Below, in pieces: positions 40,215-52,860 of a stretch of DNA of 64,000 nt. Every line of letters begins with the position of its first letter. Within the stretch, counting starts at the first letter, position 1. The DNA lies in NCBI RefSeq assembly GCF_001194135.2, contig NC_068981.1, positions 42,703,341 to 42,767,340 of the forward strand, given 5' to 3'. The notes below the pieces were generated by a model that had not been told where the DNA came from, ran no database searches, and saw nothing but the letters and a program-made list of their open reading frames with translations. Position numbers and translations under genes: made by a program. Origin of the DNA: Octopus bimaculoides (lineage: Eukaryota).

Positions 40215-40570
40215 TATATGAATGTTTTTTCATCGCCGGTACTTTAGAAATATCCTAAAGATCACCAGGCGTGATCGCATCAAAAACGATGAAATCACGA
40301 GAAGAGCTGTTGGAAGTATAGTGCAAGGCACCAACACAGCCAGACGAAGTCGTTTGGTCACGTATTAAGATTAACGTTGGAGAGGCCGGCAAGGACAACT
40401 GTTAAGTAGACAGTTCAAAGAAGAAAGAGAAAGAGATGCAGACCGTTGTAGATGTAGCAAGAGACTGTGCAGGAAAATTTGACTGAGATGGTTGTCACCT
40501 TGGAAGAAGGGTGCAGTTTGGCTCACACTGGAGTTTGGAAAGCTATTGTCACCCAACGCTCTTTCAACAA
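40215..40570 (+). mobile_element. RTE-clade LINE 3' relic
   Basis: NVFHRRYFRNILKITRRDRIKNDEITRR matches the RTE C-terminal LDVFHRRCLRxILxIxWRDxIxNEEV. Confidence 0.7.
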
Positions 40571-41229
40571 ACGGATATAACATCATCAGTTCTGGTAGCA
40601 TGAATAGATCAAGTCGACTTACGTCTTGATTTTAGTTATCTGAAATTTAGAGAAAACTTTCACGTTTCTAAATGAATCCATTGCATATGTTAAACACCTT
40701 GTAACCAGAATGAAAGTATTCTAATACTTTTATACAGTGCATAGATGATTTTTTGTTATCATCAATGAGCCTAAGCTGATTCTTCGTTAGTATTACGGGT
40801 ACTCATTTTCGGCAGATTGTACTAGAGCAATGTAAATTAGAGCGCCTTCAGCAAGAAAGAAAAACTAGACAATAAATGTTCCTGAAGATCTAGTGAAGTG
40901 CTATCTACCCTTGCTGAAATTCAGTTTGATATCTTTTACACATATTCCGATATTAGATATGTTTGAATTATATACTGGGAATATTTTGACAAATATGTGT
41001 TCAATCCCCTTACGGGTCTTAGTGACAACTATCCATATCATATACGCTATATTCTCTTAAAATCTCCGATTACATTCATCCAGTGAAATTATTTTATAGG
41101 GTTCTGAAATACCATTGATATAATGCGCAGTCATCTGGGATAGTTCAAGATTCTTCAATTCAGAACAGTTTTCTTTGCATGGTGAAACTATTACAACATA
41201 TAATACCCAGTAACAAATGTGAAATATGT

Positions 41230-41965
41230 TCTCTTCTGTTTTAAGTATTTAAATTCTTTCTGCGAAGAAAGAGCTGACTTCTAACAAAGATACAAAGAAT
41301 AGAAAGCTCCATCGTTGGAATGTAGATAACGCAAAATAATGTCACATTTCAAGCTTGAGAACAGTCTTGCATATTTTTACGGTTCCAGTTACACATTGTA
41401 TTTGCAGCATGTTTGTTATTTCGTAAATTTTTTTCACTGAAAATCCAAGCTTATCCAGATTGTCAGTTAAGCATCTGGTCACAAAACCAAGACTAGCAAT
41501 CATTATTGGTATAAATGTGAATTTATGATCTGGTTATAGAAACTGGAGTTTTCGAAGCAGCTGTCCATAATTGTCCTCCTTTGATTTCCAAAGAGATATT
41601 CACAACAGCAGGACAGCTGACCTTTATGATGGTATATACATATACTTGCCCGTCCCAAACAACAATATCTGCCATGTTATGTTCACACTTTACAGACGTT
41701 TTGATGCGAATATTCCACCAGTATACTTTGTGTTGATATTTGTGTACGCATCCAATAATGGAGATTTTCTATATTTATTCCAGGACCGTCTTTTTTCCTC
41801 ATGGCATTGTATATTGTATTTGTGATAACATTGTGTCTCATAGTGATGCAGTAACTTGATATCATATCTTAGGCCAGCAACTAATCACATGTGCGATGTT
41901 TTCCACAGAAATATGACAGAATCTACATTTTCCGTTGTATATTGGAACTCCAAGTACTTCCCTGT
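41230..41965 (-). mobile_element. Second R4/Dong-like RLE family, 3' fragment
   Basis: KCRFCHISVENIAHVISC, MRHNVITNTIYNA, YWWNIRIKTSVKCEHNMADIVVWD, VSCPAVVNI, FIPIMIASLG and LQIQCVTGTVKICKTVLKLEM* (stop at 41342-41344). Confidence 0.88.
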
Positions 41966-42097
41966 CTCTTTTGTTTATTAGGTATGTATATTTGTCCGTC
42001 TGTTTGTCTGTCTGTCTGTCCGTCCGCCTGTAGGTACGTACGTATATATGTATGTATTTATGTATGCGTGTATACACTTGTATACACATACCCTTTG

Positions 42098-42418
42098 CCT
42101 CTTACTTGTTTCAGTTACTGAACTACGGCCATACTGGGGCACTGACCTGAAGGTTTTTATACAAAGGAATTGACACAGTACTTATGTTTTTAAAGCCTGG
42201 TGCTTATTCTAGCGGCCACTTTTGCCGAATCACAGAGACCTAAACAAACCAACACTTTATCAAGCGCTTGCGGGATACAAGCACAAATGCAAAGACACAT
42301 ACACACAAGTTTTAATCTATCCGGGGCCATAGTAGAAGACACTGCCTAAGGTGCCACGCAATGGAATTGAACCAGGAACCATGTGGTTGAGATGCAAACC
42401 TTTTACCACGCGGCCATT
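42098..42418 (-). mobile_element. SINE family B with internal deletion
   Basis: TTACTTGTTTCAG...TAGTAGAAGACACTGCCTAAGGTGCCACGC...GAACCATGTGGTTG. Confidence 0.85.
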
Positions 42419-43018
42419 CTTATAATATTATTTGGTGTTGATTAGCAATTTAAAACATATACATAATTCTATCTTTTTTATGAACATTTTTGTGGATCTA
42501 GTTTAAACTAGGTCCATTTCTCGTCTACTTGTAAGGTTCAATTATCAACTTCTGCGCTAAGCAACCATGTATTTTTTTTTTTGTTTTCACATTTAGCAAG
42601 AATGCCACAAACAACTTCTATATTCGTATTAGTTTAAATCTATGCGTCAAACTTTCCCGAAATATCAATGGCTGATCTATCAAATTATTTTAGCTTGAAA
42701 TTACAGTTTCTTAATTTTACTCTTTCAAAGCCATCCAGATGTTCTGATATATCACAGTTATCAGACTGTTAGTGTCAGCTTCTTCTTTACGTTAGCAATG
42801 TTGAGTTTAACTTTGACTTTTGAAATATTTTTAGACCAATTTCATAAATGTTTGCATTTAAATTTCTTCATTTCAAATTCCTAATCGGATTTGAGTGTTT
42901 TATTTTGGTTGCAGAGAGGTAGAATTTATTTTCATTATATCTTTTGTTGATTAACTCAGGTTTTTTGTGTAGAATGTCTGTTATTTCAATTAAAAGTTGT
43001 AATTTCTTCTCGTTGCAG

Positions 43019-43074
43019 ATACTACTGAAAGTATTTGTGTTAATGAATATACATGCTATTGTAAGCTGCGCTGA
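43019..43074 (+). CDS. Candidate Cys-rich exon (xTTESICVNEYTCY; donor at 43061 or read-through to CKLR*)
   Basis: aatttcttctcgttgcag|AT ACT...TAT T|gtaagc. Phase 1 is compatible with the 29008-29134 candidate exon. Confidence 0.35.
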
Positions 43075-46000
43075 ATCATGAGTTTTTAAATAGGAATCTC
43101 TCTGTGTTGTGATGCACAGCTATACACACACGTGTATATTTATGTATAAATGTACACACACAGACACACACACACACACGCACACACACACATGGAACTG
43201 CATTTAAAAAGTATATCCATTCAGAGCGATACCCTAGCATGGCGACAGTTGAATTACTGAAACAAGTTAAACCACAAAAGGATGCTCTACTCATAATAAC
43301 CAACTGAAATTACAGAAGTATCTTGCGTCCTGGGTAACAGAATAAAATTGCCCTTATACATACAGCCACGCATGGAGAAACTGAATTCAACATGCTAGCA
43401 TTCATATATATATATATATATATATATATANNNNNNNNNNNNNNNNNNNNNNNNNNNNNNNNNNNNNNNNNNNNNNNNNNNNNNNNNNNNNNNNNNNNNN
43501 NNNNNNNNNNNNNNNNNNNNNNNNNNNNNNNNNNNNNNNNNNNNNNNNNNNNNNNNNNNNNNNNNNNNNNNNNNNNNNNNNNNNNNNNNNNNNNNNNNNN
43601 NNNNNNNNNNNNNNNNNNNNNNNNNNNNNNNNNNNNNNNNNNNNNNNNNNNNNNNNNNNNNNNNNNNNNNNNNNNNNNNNNNNNNNNNNNNNNNNNNNNN
43701 NNNNNNNNNNNNNNNNNNNNNNNNNNNNNNNNNNNNNNNNNNNNNNNNNNNNNNNNNNNNNNNNNNNNNNNNNNNNNNNNNNNNNNNNNNNNNNNNNNNN
43801 NNNNNNNNNNNNNNNNNNNNNNNNNNNNNNNNNNNNNNNNNNNNNNNNNNNNNNNNNNNNNNNNNNNNNNNNNNNNNNNNNNNNNNNNNNNNNNNNNNNN
43901 NNNNNNNNNNNNNNNNNNNNNNNNNNNNNNNNNNNNNNNNNNNNNNNNNNNNNNNNNNNNNNNNNNNNNNNNNNNNNNNNNNNNNNNNNNNNNNNNNNNN
44001 NNNNNNNNNNNNNNNNNNNNNNNNNNNNNNNNNNNNNNNNNNNNNNNNNNNNNNNNNNNNNNNNNNNNNNNNNNNNNNNNNNNNNNNNNNNNNNNNNNNN
44101 NNNNNNNNNNNNNNNNNNNNNNNNNNNNNNNNNNNNNNNNNNNNNNNNNNNNNNNNNNNNNNNNNNNNNNNNNNNNNNNNNNNNNNNNNNNNNNNNNNNN
44201 NNNNNNNNNNNNNNNNNNNNNNNNNNNNNNNNNNNNNNNNNNNNNNNNNNNNNNNNNNNNNNNNNNNNNNNNNNNNNCAGTTGAAATAGGTACTTAAGTT
44301 GAAGCATCAAGTCAGTCCGATGTTATCCGTACAGCTCGAAGATGAATAAAATCAAAATAAGCAATAGGATATCAAGAAGTGATGCAGTACGGCCGTTTCA
44401 AGCCACTCTATTTAATATGTGTGTGTGTGTGTATGTGTGCGTGCGTAAGATAGGTCAGCAATTTGTGAGGAGTGTGTTGGTCGGTTATACAGTATGTAAA
44501 GAGTAAATTTGACCTCAACAGGATCGAAACCCAGAGAACATAAAGTGAATACGAAGAGACATTTTATTCGACGTTTCTATCGAGGCGAATATCACCACCT
44601 ATCAAGCTGAAACAACCGTATATGTGTGCCTATTTGTGCTGTGTATGCGATGCTTATATATTGATTTATATATTGATAAAAATGCGTTTCGCTGCTCTCT
44701 TTCTCTCTGTCTTGGTCTGTCTGTGTGTGTGTATGTGTGTATATACATACATACACGCATACATATATATTATATATATTTATGAATGTACGCATATCAT
44801 ATATAGAGAGAAACATAGAGATAAACTGACAGATAGATAGATGTAGATATATATATGCATACATATATATTAACATGCATGTATATATTCTTTGAAGCTT
44901 AAATTTTCTTGTAGGCAAATCTGTAATGAACTGGTATGCTGTACAGCAGGAAGCGCAAAGGCTGATGTTACTACATTGTTGATTCTGTTAAATAAAAACA
45001 CTATAAGATCCTGTAAACCGTGACACTTTCAATTAGTTCGAAAATGCAGGAAAACAAAGCACAACAACAACAAAGCCGAACCCACAGGTATGACTTCAGT
45101 CATTCGTTGTTCATTGACTAAATTTACTGTCGATATTGCTTAAATCTAATAGCGACACACCTCACTACATATCGATTAGATAGAACACGATTTCTTTAAG
45201 TCTTCACTTGGTGCTACTATAATATATTGATTCTCCAATGTTATAACCCTCTCTCCTTCAGATTTGGTTGGGTTCTTTTGGTGTGACATTGGTGGAAAGA
45301 AATAGAAATACTGTGGAGAGCTGAAATGATACAGAGATACAATTTCTATTAAAGAAAAGTAAACCTTTTACTAGAGTATTTTATACATAAAAAATCTAGA
45401 TATTCGGCAGACGTTTAACATAGTTTTAGAAAGAGACAGCTTAGAATTTATGTACTCAGTAATATATTCACTGCTGTCTCTTTACTTACGAGACTATATA
45501 TATATGTGTGTGTGTGTAGAGGGAGAGAGAGAGAGAGAAAGATAGATAGATATACAGACAGATAGATAGGTATGTATGTGTGTATGTATGTATCACTCAG
45601 TCAATAAGTGTAGTTTTTGAAATTGGATGAAAGAGCAGCCCAGAGGAACTGATTAAATTTACTCCGAGCAGTGTTATAATAAAAAATTAGAATGACACTT
45701 AAAAGCAACCTATAGAGTAAAAGTTAATTAAGTTAAAGAAAGAAAACTATGTCGATTTGACCTTTCTGTAAGGTCAACAACAGAGAAGACAAGAATAGAG
45801 ATTGAGAGATACAGAGATTGTGATAAAGGAATACATTCTGAAAACGTGACTACGAGAAAGTGAGAGGTTATTAGTGGAAGGCAAATGATAGCTGAAACCC
45901 TCTATGCTGTCGGTTATATGAACAAAATTATATACAACTAAAATCATTTAGATCTTCTCTAAGCATATGTCTCCATATAGAAGATATAAATGAGATACAA

Positions 46001-46528
46001 AAGATAATTTTCTGATGATTTTGTTGTAAGTTTTCTTTAAGAAACTGAATAAATATATTTTCTTCTTCAGAATTTTTTTCTTTGAAAAAGAGTGATGTTG
46101 TTATTTTCATTAAAAAAAGAGTAATGCTGTTTGTTGAGATGCGAATGTGCGATAAACAACTTTGCTTTGCAGTATAATCCTATTTTCAAATCTGCGTTCA
46201 AATTTCACCAGAGTAGACATAAATACAAGTAGTACTTTCTTGTCACTACAATCAATTATGCATTTTCTCCTGTCTATATTTGTGCTTGTATTTTTTTATA
46301 TTGGTTTCAGGCATTGAACAGCGGCTATACTGGGTCATCAACATCAAAGGGTTTTACTCAATTATATCGATCCATTAATTTATCTGTTGCTTATTTAATT
46401 GATCTTGTAAGATACGAAATGTAATGGGGATATTAACCAAGGAAAAGATAACTCGGTCAGAGTAAACACAGCACACTGTTTCCGTTCGAATGTACTGGTT
46501 TTTGTTTACGTGACTCCTCTGATATAAG

Positions 46529-46578
<50 letters not shown>

Positions 46579-46744
46579 CACATACACAGACGCACACATA
46601 CACAAACACACGCACTCACGCGCACATGCTCACACCTGTAACCACAGCCACCTACCTACAGCCGCACTCACCCACCTCTATGAATTTATGTATGTATATA
46701 TGTAGATAGATAGATGAGAGATAGATGTATGTATATGTGTGTGC

Positions 46745-46785
<41 letters not shown>

Positions 46786-47261
46786 AACGGTATATATATA
46801 TAAACAATTTCTCTCCACCACCTCGCTCGCAAAGCAGTGATGGACTTGATACTATGATGGAAGACATACGAAGTAGTGCCACGCATTGCGATTAAGCCTA
46901 AATCTAGGTGGTTATTAATTGCTCATGCATATTCACCCATTATTTATTTTTCCTTTCTATATTGTTTACATGGGCGTATTCGCTTACGAAACGTCGTAAC
47001 TTGCGGTGCTGACTCTGAACTCTATAGAACAAGTATAGACATACAATTAGAAGTGAGAATATCAAAATGCTTGCACAAGGTAAGACAGTAATGATTTGTA
47101 AACTTGTAATATGTAGTGCAATATACTTGGTCGAATATTATGGTTACAAAACGGAAAGTTCCTCTCCTTGCCAGCAATTAATATACGTGTGTGTGTGTAT
47201 GAATGTGTGAGTGTGTGTGTGTGCGTGTGTGTGCATGTGCGTGTTCATTTGTGTGTGTGTG

Positions 47262-47438
47262 TTATTTCTTTACTATCCACAAGGGGCTACACACAGAGGG
47301 GACAAACAAAGACAGACAAACGGATTAAGTCGATTATATCGACCCCAGTGCGGAATTTGAACTCAGAACGTAGCGGCAGACGAAATACCGCTAAGCATTT
47401 CCCCCGGCGTGCTAACGTTTCTGCCAGCTCGCCGCCTT
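47262..47438 (-). mobile_element. SINE family A (tail variant 2) with core deletion
   Basis: Head as in the other A copies; tail AATCCGTTTGTCTGTCTTTGTTTGTCCCCTCTG...CCCCTTGTGG. The central Nin-like core is missing. Confidence 0.88.
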
Positions 47439-47499
47439 ATGTGTGTGTGTATGTGCTTGTCTGTGTGTGTGTGTGTGTGTGAGACGAAACGATCATTTG

Positions 47500-48082
47500 G
47501 TAAGAGCATTACTCATCTCGGTAGTAAGATTCATAGCGTCATTAGCTGCGAGTCTCAAGTCCTAAAAAGACTTGGACGAGCTGGTGTAGTCGTTGACTCA
47601 TTGGACAAGGGTATTCAATACCCCTCCATATCTGTCCGGGAGGACAAAGTTTAGGGTCTTTAGGTTTCTGGTCCTCCTTCTCCTGCTTTATGTTTGTAAG
47701 ACTTGGGTATCGTACGGAACCCTTAAAAGCTGTCTGAAAACCTTTGGTACCAGGACGTTTCGTAGGCTTGTGGATTACCATTGGTCGGATTTCGTATCCA
47801 ACCAATGTCACTGCTCAGGAACTGGGATGCATCCTGTTACTTGTGAGATTCAGAAGCGCCACCTCATTGCTTGGCCATTTACTGAGGAGCCTGCTGGGTT
47901 GATGGCACGTGTTGGTCAACCACATGGCACATGGTTAATGGCACGTGAGCGGGTATCTTGCAGAGATGGAGACTGACTGAGACTCTGATCAACGGATTGC
48001 CCAGGAGGAACCAGGTATATACCAACAAATGGTGAATATAGCAACACACTGCAACGGTACATGCCTTAACACCTGATCTGAC
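47500..48082 (+). mobile_element. RTE-clade LINE 3' fragment with (CTGAC)-type tail
   Basis: THLGSKIH, RTKFRVFRFLVLLLLLYVCKTW, TFGTRTFRRLVDYHWSDFVSNQ; ends ACCTGATCTGAC. Confidence 0.85.
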
Positions 48083-48739
48083 ATAATTCAATCGTATTGA
48101 TAAGCTGGGATCATATCTTACCCTGACTGAATTTTCTCTTCAGCTAAATAGAATCAAGAAAATATTTACCAGCAATATTCATGAGTCAATGCAATCGGCA
48201 TAACACTTTCCTTGCATACACTTCCATAGCATGTTGTGCAAAGAAATATGTATTTGTTGCATACAAAGTCATGGACTATTAGCAAGATCTAATTTCACAA
48301 CAGAACAACTTCCACTCTCAACTATCGTAATTTAATATAAATTGCATCATTATTAGTTGTGGAAAGCATAACCATCATGCTATATCATTTTACCTCTTTC
48401 TCTATGAAACTGAATTTCAAGCGGTATCTCTAAGCATATAGATAGATTCTGGACTCCTGATTGGTAAACTCTTTCATTTGGAGTTCCATTTAGTTCCTGT
48501 TACTTTGGCTCATTTTTCTTCTTCAACTTTTAAAGTTCATTTGATATCTATCATGTGCTTGATACTCCCAAAAATCAATAATTATTCAGCAATCATGTTT
48601 ACCCATTCCACCTATGTAACTCATCGTATCTTTCCGTGAAATCGCCATTGAACGAGTGTTTCTATCAAGAGAGTTGCTCTCCTGTAACATGAACCAGTTG
48701 AGAACTTTGATGAAGTATTATTGTTGAATTTCACGCCAA

Positions 48740-49150
48740 GAAAGACCTTGACTATAACTATCATGAGAACTTTCTTTGGTTTCATAACTTGACACTAAAT
48801 GTCTCAAAAGTATTTAATCTGACAGCCAATCATCTCAGACTGCATCAGTGTGATGTGTCGATGGAGCTTTCATCAACAATTACTCTGGCGTATCCTAGCA
48901 ATAGCTAATATATCCCATATTCAGTTTTCAGTACATGAAAACTAACGAGTTGTCCAACTAATCAAACACACTCCTATGCAGATAGTACCATTGTTTCTGC
49001 TTCCTTCACCATCTACGCATAGATATTGTTCAAACCTAACACCTCAAGTCAGCCATACACTATAGATATTAATCTTCATAATTTCTAATTATCTCTCAAG
49101 GAAACACCTACTTATATTGCAGAACAATGTTAAATCAAAAAGGCGATAGA
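48740..49150 (+). mobile_element. CR1-like RT relic
   Basis: NYSGVS...PIF (compare NSGVPQGSxLxPxLF) followed by HSYADST (YADD motif). Confidence 0.45.
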
Positions 49151-49287
49151 TTCATTAGATTTAGTAGTTACTTCAGCACATACTAATCAACTGTAAAGCT
49201 AAGGTAAGGCTCATATCAGTATATCGTACTGATATATATGGAAGGACATTGTTTCCAAAAAGAAGCTTATCGGCAGAGTGACAGATA

Positions 49288-49714
49288 TTATTTTCTACTC
49301 TAGGCACAAGGCTCGAAATTTTGTGGGAGGAGCCAGTCGATTAGATCGACCGCAGTACGCAACTGGTACTTAATTTATCAACTCTGAAAGGATGAAATGC
49401 AAAGTCGACCTCGGCGGAATTTGAACTCAGAACATAAAGACAGACGAAATACCGCTAAGCATTTCGTCCGGCGTGCTAACGTTTCTTATTTCTTTATTGC
49501 CCACAAGGGGCTAAACACAGAGGGGACAAACAAGGACAGACAAACGGATTAAGTCGATTATATCGACCCCAGTGCGTAACTTATTTAATGAACCCCGAAA
49601 GGATGAAAGGCAAAGTCGACCTCGGCGGAATTCGAACTCAGGACGTAGCGGCAGACGAAAATACCGCTAAACATTTCGCCAGGCGTGCTAACGTTTCTGC
49701 CAGCTCGCTGCCTT
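49288..49714 (-). mobile_element. Head-to-tail dimer of SINE family A with two different tails
   Basis: Copy 49288-49485 has a CCTTGTGCCTAGAGTAG tail and lacks its 5' head end. Copy 49486-49714 has the TTTGTCTGTCC tail and an intact head. Confidence 0.9.
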
Positions 49715-49759
49715 CAGATTGAGAAATACTGACTTTCAAGTACGTTTCATTCAATAGAT

Positions 49760-50050
49760 CTCGAGTGTAATGCGTTTTCTCTGTATCTTTACTGCTTCTA
49801 CTAAAACAGTGCCACTCCTTTGCACAAGCTATCTGCATACCCCACAGCATATATTCTTTCATCCACAGTCCTATGGCTTTCATCTCCCAGATCTACATTA
49901 ACATTTCTGCCAACCTTTCCTCCATTCTCTATAAACTGAAACACACGTCCCTGATTTTCCTTTAGACACCGACTGCATATTTACTTAAAATTTGAACATT
50001 AACTGCGTCAACTTCACTAGTCTATGAAGGGATTCAATTGTCATACACAC
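49760..50050 (-). mobile_element. Decayed RTE-like RT relic
   Basis: SLHRLV...GKS...NVNVDLG...VDE loosely follows the RT region after the YADD motif; weak. Confidence 0.25.
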
Positions 50051-51559
50051 TTCTTTTAATTGAGTTTGAAGTTAGAAGCGTGGTTTATGGCTCTGAGCCA
50101 TTTTGATGGTTACTTATATTACAATATGGCAAGAAATGCTACAAAAGCAGAGGAATCTCTACCAAATCATTCAAGAAAGCGTCTTAAAATAAAGCATCTC
50201 ATTGCTCAATATCGTTTATTACCTAAGAAAAACATAGGAGTCACGACTGAAACGCATTTTATCCCACGTCTGCTCGACGAAGCATATCCTGGAGTTAAAG
50301 AGCATTAAACAATAAACTTCGATACAGTCCATCGACCGACCGACTACATTTACAATCTAAAGATCAATTAAACCGTAACCTACCTAATATTAGGGAATGT
50401 AGGCTCTGGTATGCGAAAAAAATGGGTATTCATGGCTGAAAATGTTAATTATAAAAAAGCACATTTGAAGGCTGATCTAAGTCTAAAAAATGGCTATTAA
50501 TGTTTAAAAGAGAAATTTGCACTCCAGTAATTCACGACAATTCATATCTCATTTACCGTGTCAGAGCTATTTCGTAATTTATCCCTTGTATACATGGTAT
50601 GATACATGGTAAATAACCACTGAATATACTGGAGACCAATGTCACTGATAAAATGCATATGTTCAATATATTGTGCTATAGCTCATATGTATGCATGTAT
50701 GTATATATGTATGTATCTATGTATGTATCTATGTATTTATGTATCTATGTATGTGCAGATTTGTATGTTTTATGTATCTATTCTCATGCATATAGTTGCA
50801 TATCTAGACATGTCAGAAAACAGCTTCAGGAGTTGTGAAGAACGAATTTGTACGTAGTCTGTTTCTGAGAGCTATTCTATTGAACCTCTGTCTAATCATT
50901 AAAACATTGACTTAATTATGAACATAGAAAGAAATTATACATTAATCCCTAGTTTTGTAAGCAGTTGTATTCGTAAATTTTTTTTATTTGCAGAGAGCAG
51001 AAATTGAAAGAAGATATATGAAATCCGTGTGCGTGTGTATGTGTATGTGTGTGTGTGTGTGTGTATGTGTGCGTGCGTGTGTGTGTGTTTGTGTGCGTGC
51101 GTGCTTGCACGTGTGCATGTGAAAGAGAAATAGGGTGATAAAGGGAGATAGAGTGAGTGAGTGAGTGAAGGTGTGCGTTGTGATGATTGACAGCTTTTAA
51201 AGTACACACACATACATAGAAAATCTTAGGTCATCGTATAAAATTTTTATGATAGTTGATTTATAGAAAAGATTATGTTAAATGTTTGAAATGCAAATAT
51301 GTGAATGAAAATTAAGATCGGACCTCTACATGGTAGCTAGACCTGGTAGAATTAGCAGCCAAATCTCCCTCAAAACACCCTACTGTCTTAATCCGACAAT
51401 TCTGCCCATTATGTAGTTTGAATGAGAAACTGTAACTAAATATTAGGATTATTAACCCCACGAAGAGCTGAAAGAAGAGAGACAGCATAGCGAAAGTTTT
51501 AGCTGACTGTCATCCTGTACTCCTCTTGTTGGTAGCGAGATGGTATATGCCGGCTGTGT

Positions 51560-51795
51560 GAGCAACTGGTTGTTTTAATGGCGGAACAAACAGGGGAGTT
51601 CCATTAGAAAAAGTTTTTATTCGATTTTCTCGGTAACTATGGAGGGCTAAGAAAAAAATACAAACTGCAGCACAATCTATGTACGCGTCTCCACACGTGT
51701 GCCATTTTCACGTGAATCCACCCAGCCGTTTGGCTGTGAACCTCAAGACAAGAAAGAATACAACGATCACCCATATCCAATTTATATAATAGATA
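51560..51795 (+). mobile_element. Possible non-autonomous Helitron/Helentron-like 3' end
   Basis: CCATTTTCACGTGAATCCACCCAGCCGTTTGGCTGTGA...CAATTTTATATAATAGAT resembles termini of such elements (motif recall). The 5' end was not found. Confidence 0.35.
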
Positions 51796-51800
51796 TATAT

Positions 51801-52123
51801 GGCTCAGTGGTTAGAGCGTCGAGCTTACGATCATGAGGTTTTGAGTTCGATTCCCGGAACGGGCTGCGTGTTGTGTTCTTGAGCGAGACACTTTATTTCA
51901 CATTGCTTCAGTCCACTCAGCTGTAGAAATGAGTTGCAACGTCACTGATGTCAAGCTGTACCGGCCTTTACTTTTCCCTTGGATAACATCGGTGGTGTGG
52001 AGATGGAGGCTGGAATGCATGGGCGACTGTTGTCTTTCCACAAACAACCTTGCTCGGACTTGTGCCTCGGAGGGTAACTTTGTAAGTGCAATCCCATGGT
52101 CATTCATGACCGAAGGGGGTCCT
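51801..52123 (+). mobile_element. tRNA-derived SINE, family C, full length (tRNA-Arg-like head, CORE-like centre; consistent with octopus OR-type SINEs)
   Basis: GGCTCAGTGGTTAGAGCGTCGAGCTTACGATCATGAGGTTTTGAGTTCGATTCCCGG (A and B boxes), GTGTTCTTGAGCGAGACACTT core, and an (AT)n tail. Confidence 0.9.
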
Positions 52124-52499
52124 CGATATATATATATGTATAATTCGCACGTTTTTCTATTCGCAATTGTTACGACTCTTATTAGACATTTATTATAAGG
52201 ATTAACCTGAATGATACATGGAAAGAAATCAATAATCTCATGCATTACATTATATTGCAAGATTAAAGGGATTGAATTAAGATGAAATAGTTGTAAATTG
52301 AAATAACAAAATGACTTGCTCATTTCCTTCTTGTTAACCATTATCTATGCATATGTGTAAATATACATGTTTATATGCATTAGTTATGGGATGCAATAAA
52401 ATTGAGGCACATAAACATGTAGCCCGCCAGAAATGTTTACGGACAATAACAGGATTCACAGTGAAGTAAAACAATCATGAAGATATCAGGTATTAATAA

Positions 52500-52860
52500 G
52501 ATACTTAGATAAACTTAGATAAAATTTAGATTTGTTTCGACCAAAGATTGGTCCAGGTCACGTCTAACTTAATAGCACCACCTGATAGGATTATCTAAAT
52601 CCTTTTTACAGTCAAGTTTGGTCTATGATCCATTCAAGTAGTGAGTTCTTATTGAGTGAGTTGTATCCAGGTATAGGTGGTGTGTCTGGTATTCTTTGAA
52701 GAAAGCTGTCTAGACTCCGTTTAAAGCTGATAGGATCCTTTTCCTCTTTTATCTGTTTCGGGACAATGTTAAACAGGGCAGGGCCTGTTGAGGAAAATAA
52801 TTTATGCCGCAATGTACCTATACGTTGTGATTCTGAATTGGGCAGGGGACGTATGGCTCG
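52500..52860 (-). mobile_element. CR1/L2-group LINE 3' end
   Basis: VHPRLGPRAIRP...LRHKLFSSTGPALFNIVPKQIKEEKDPISFKRSLDSFLQRIPDTPPIPGYNSLNKNSLLEW; short 3' UTR with a stem-loop. Confidence 0.88.

Noticed and set aside
45262-45330. Strong acceptor followed by IWLG or DLVGFFWC
   Set aside because: Early stops in all frames, and splicing to it would remove the terminal Cys of the candidate domain.
46960-47000. GAAACGTC minimal-hammerhead-like sites (also 44570-44577)
   Set aside because: No intact CUGANGA upstream, and an 8-mer is expected about once or twice by chance in this window.
51801-51875. tRNA-like sequence
   Set aside because: It is a SINE head: no proper acceptor stem, and it continues into a SINE body found elsewhere in the window.
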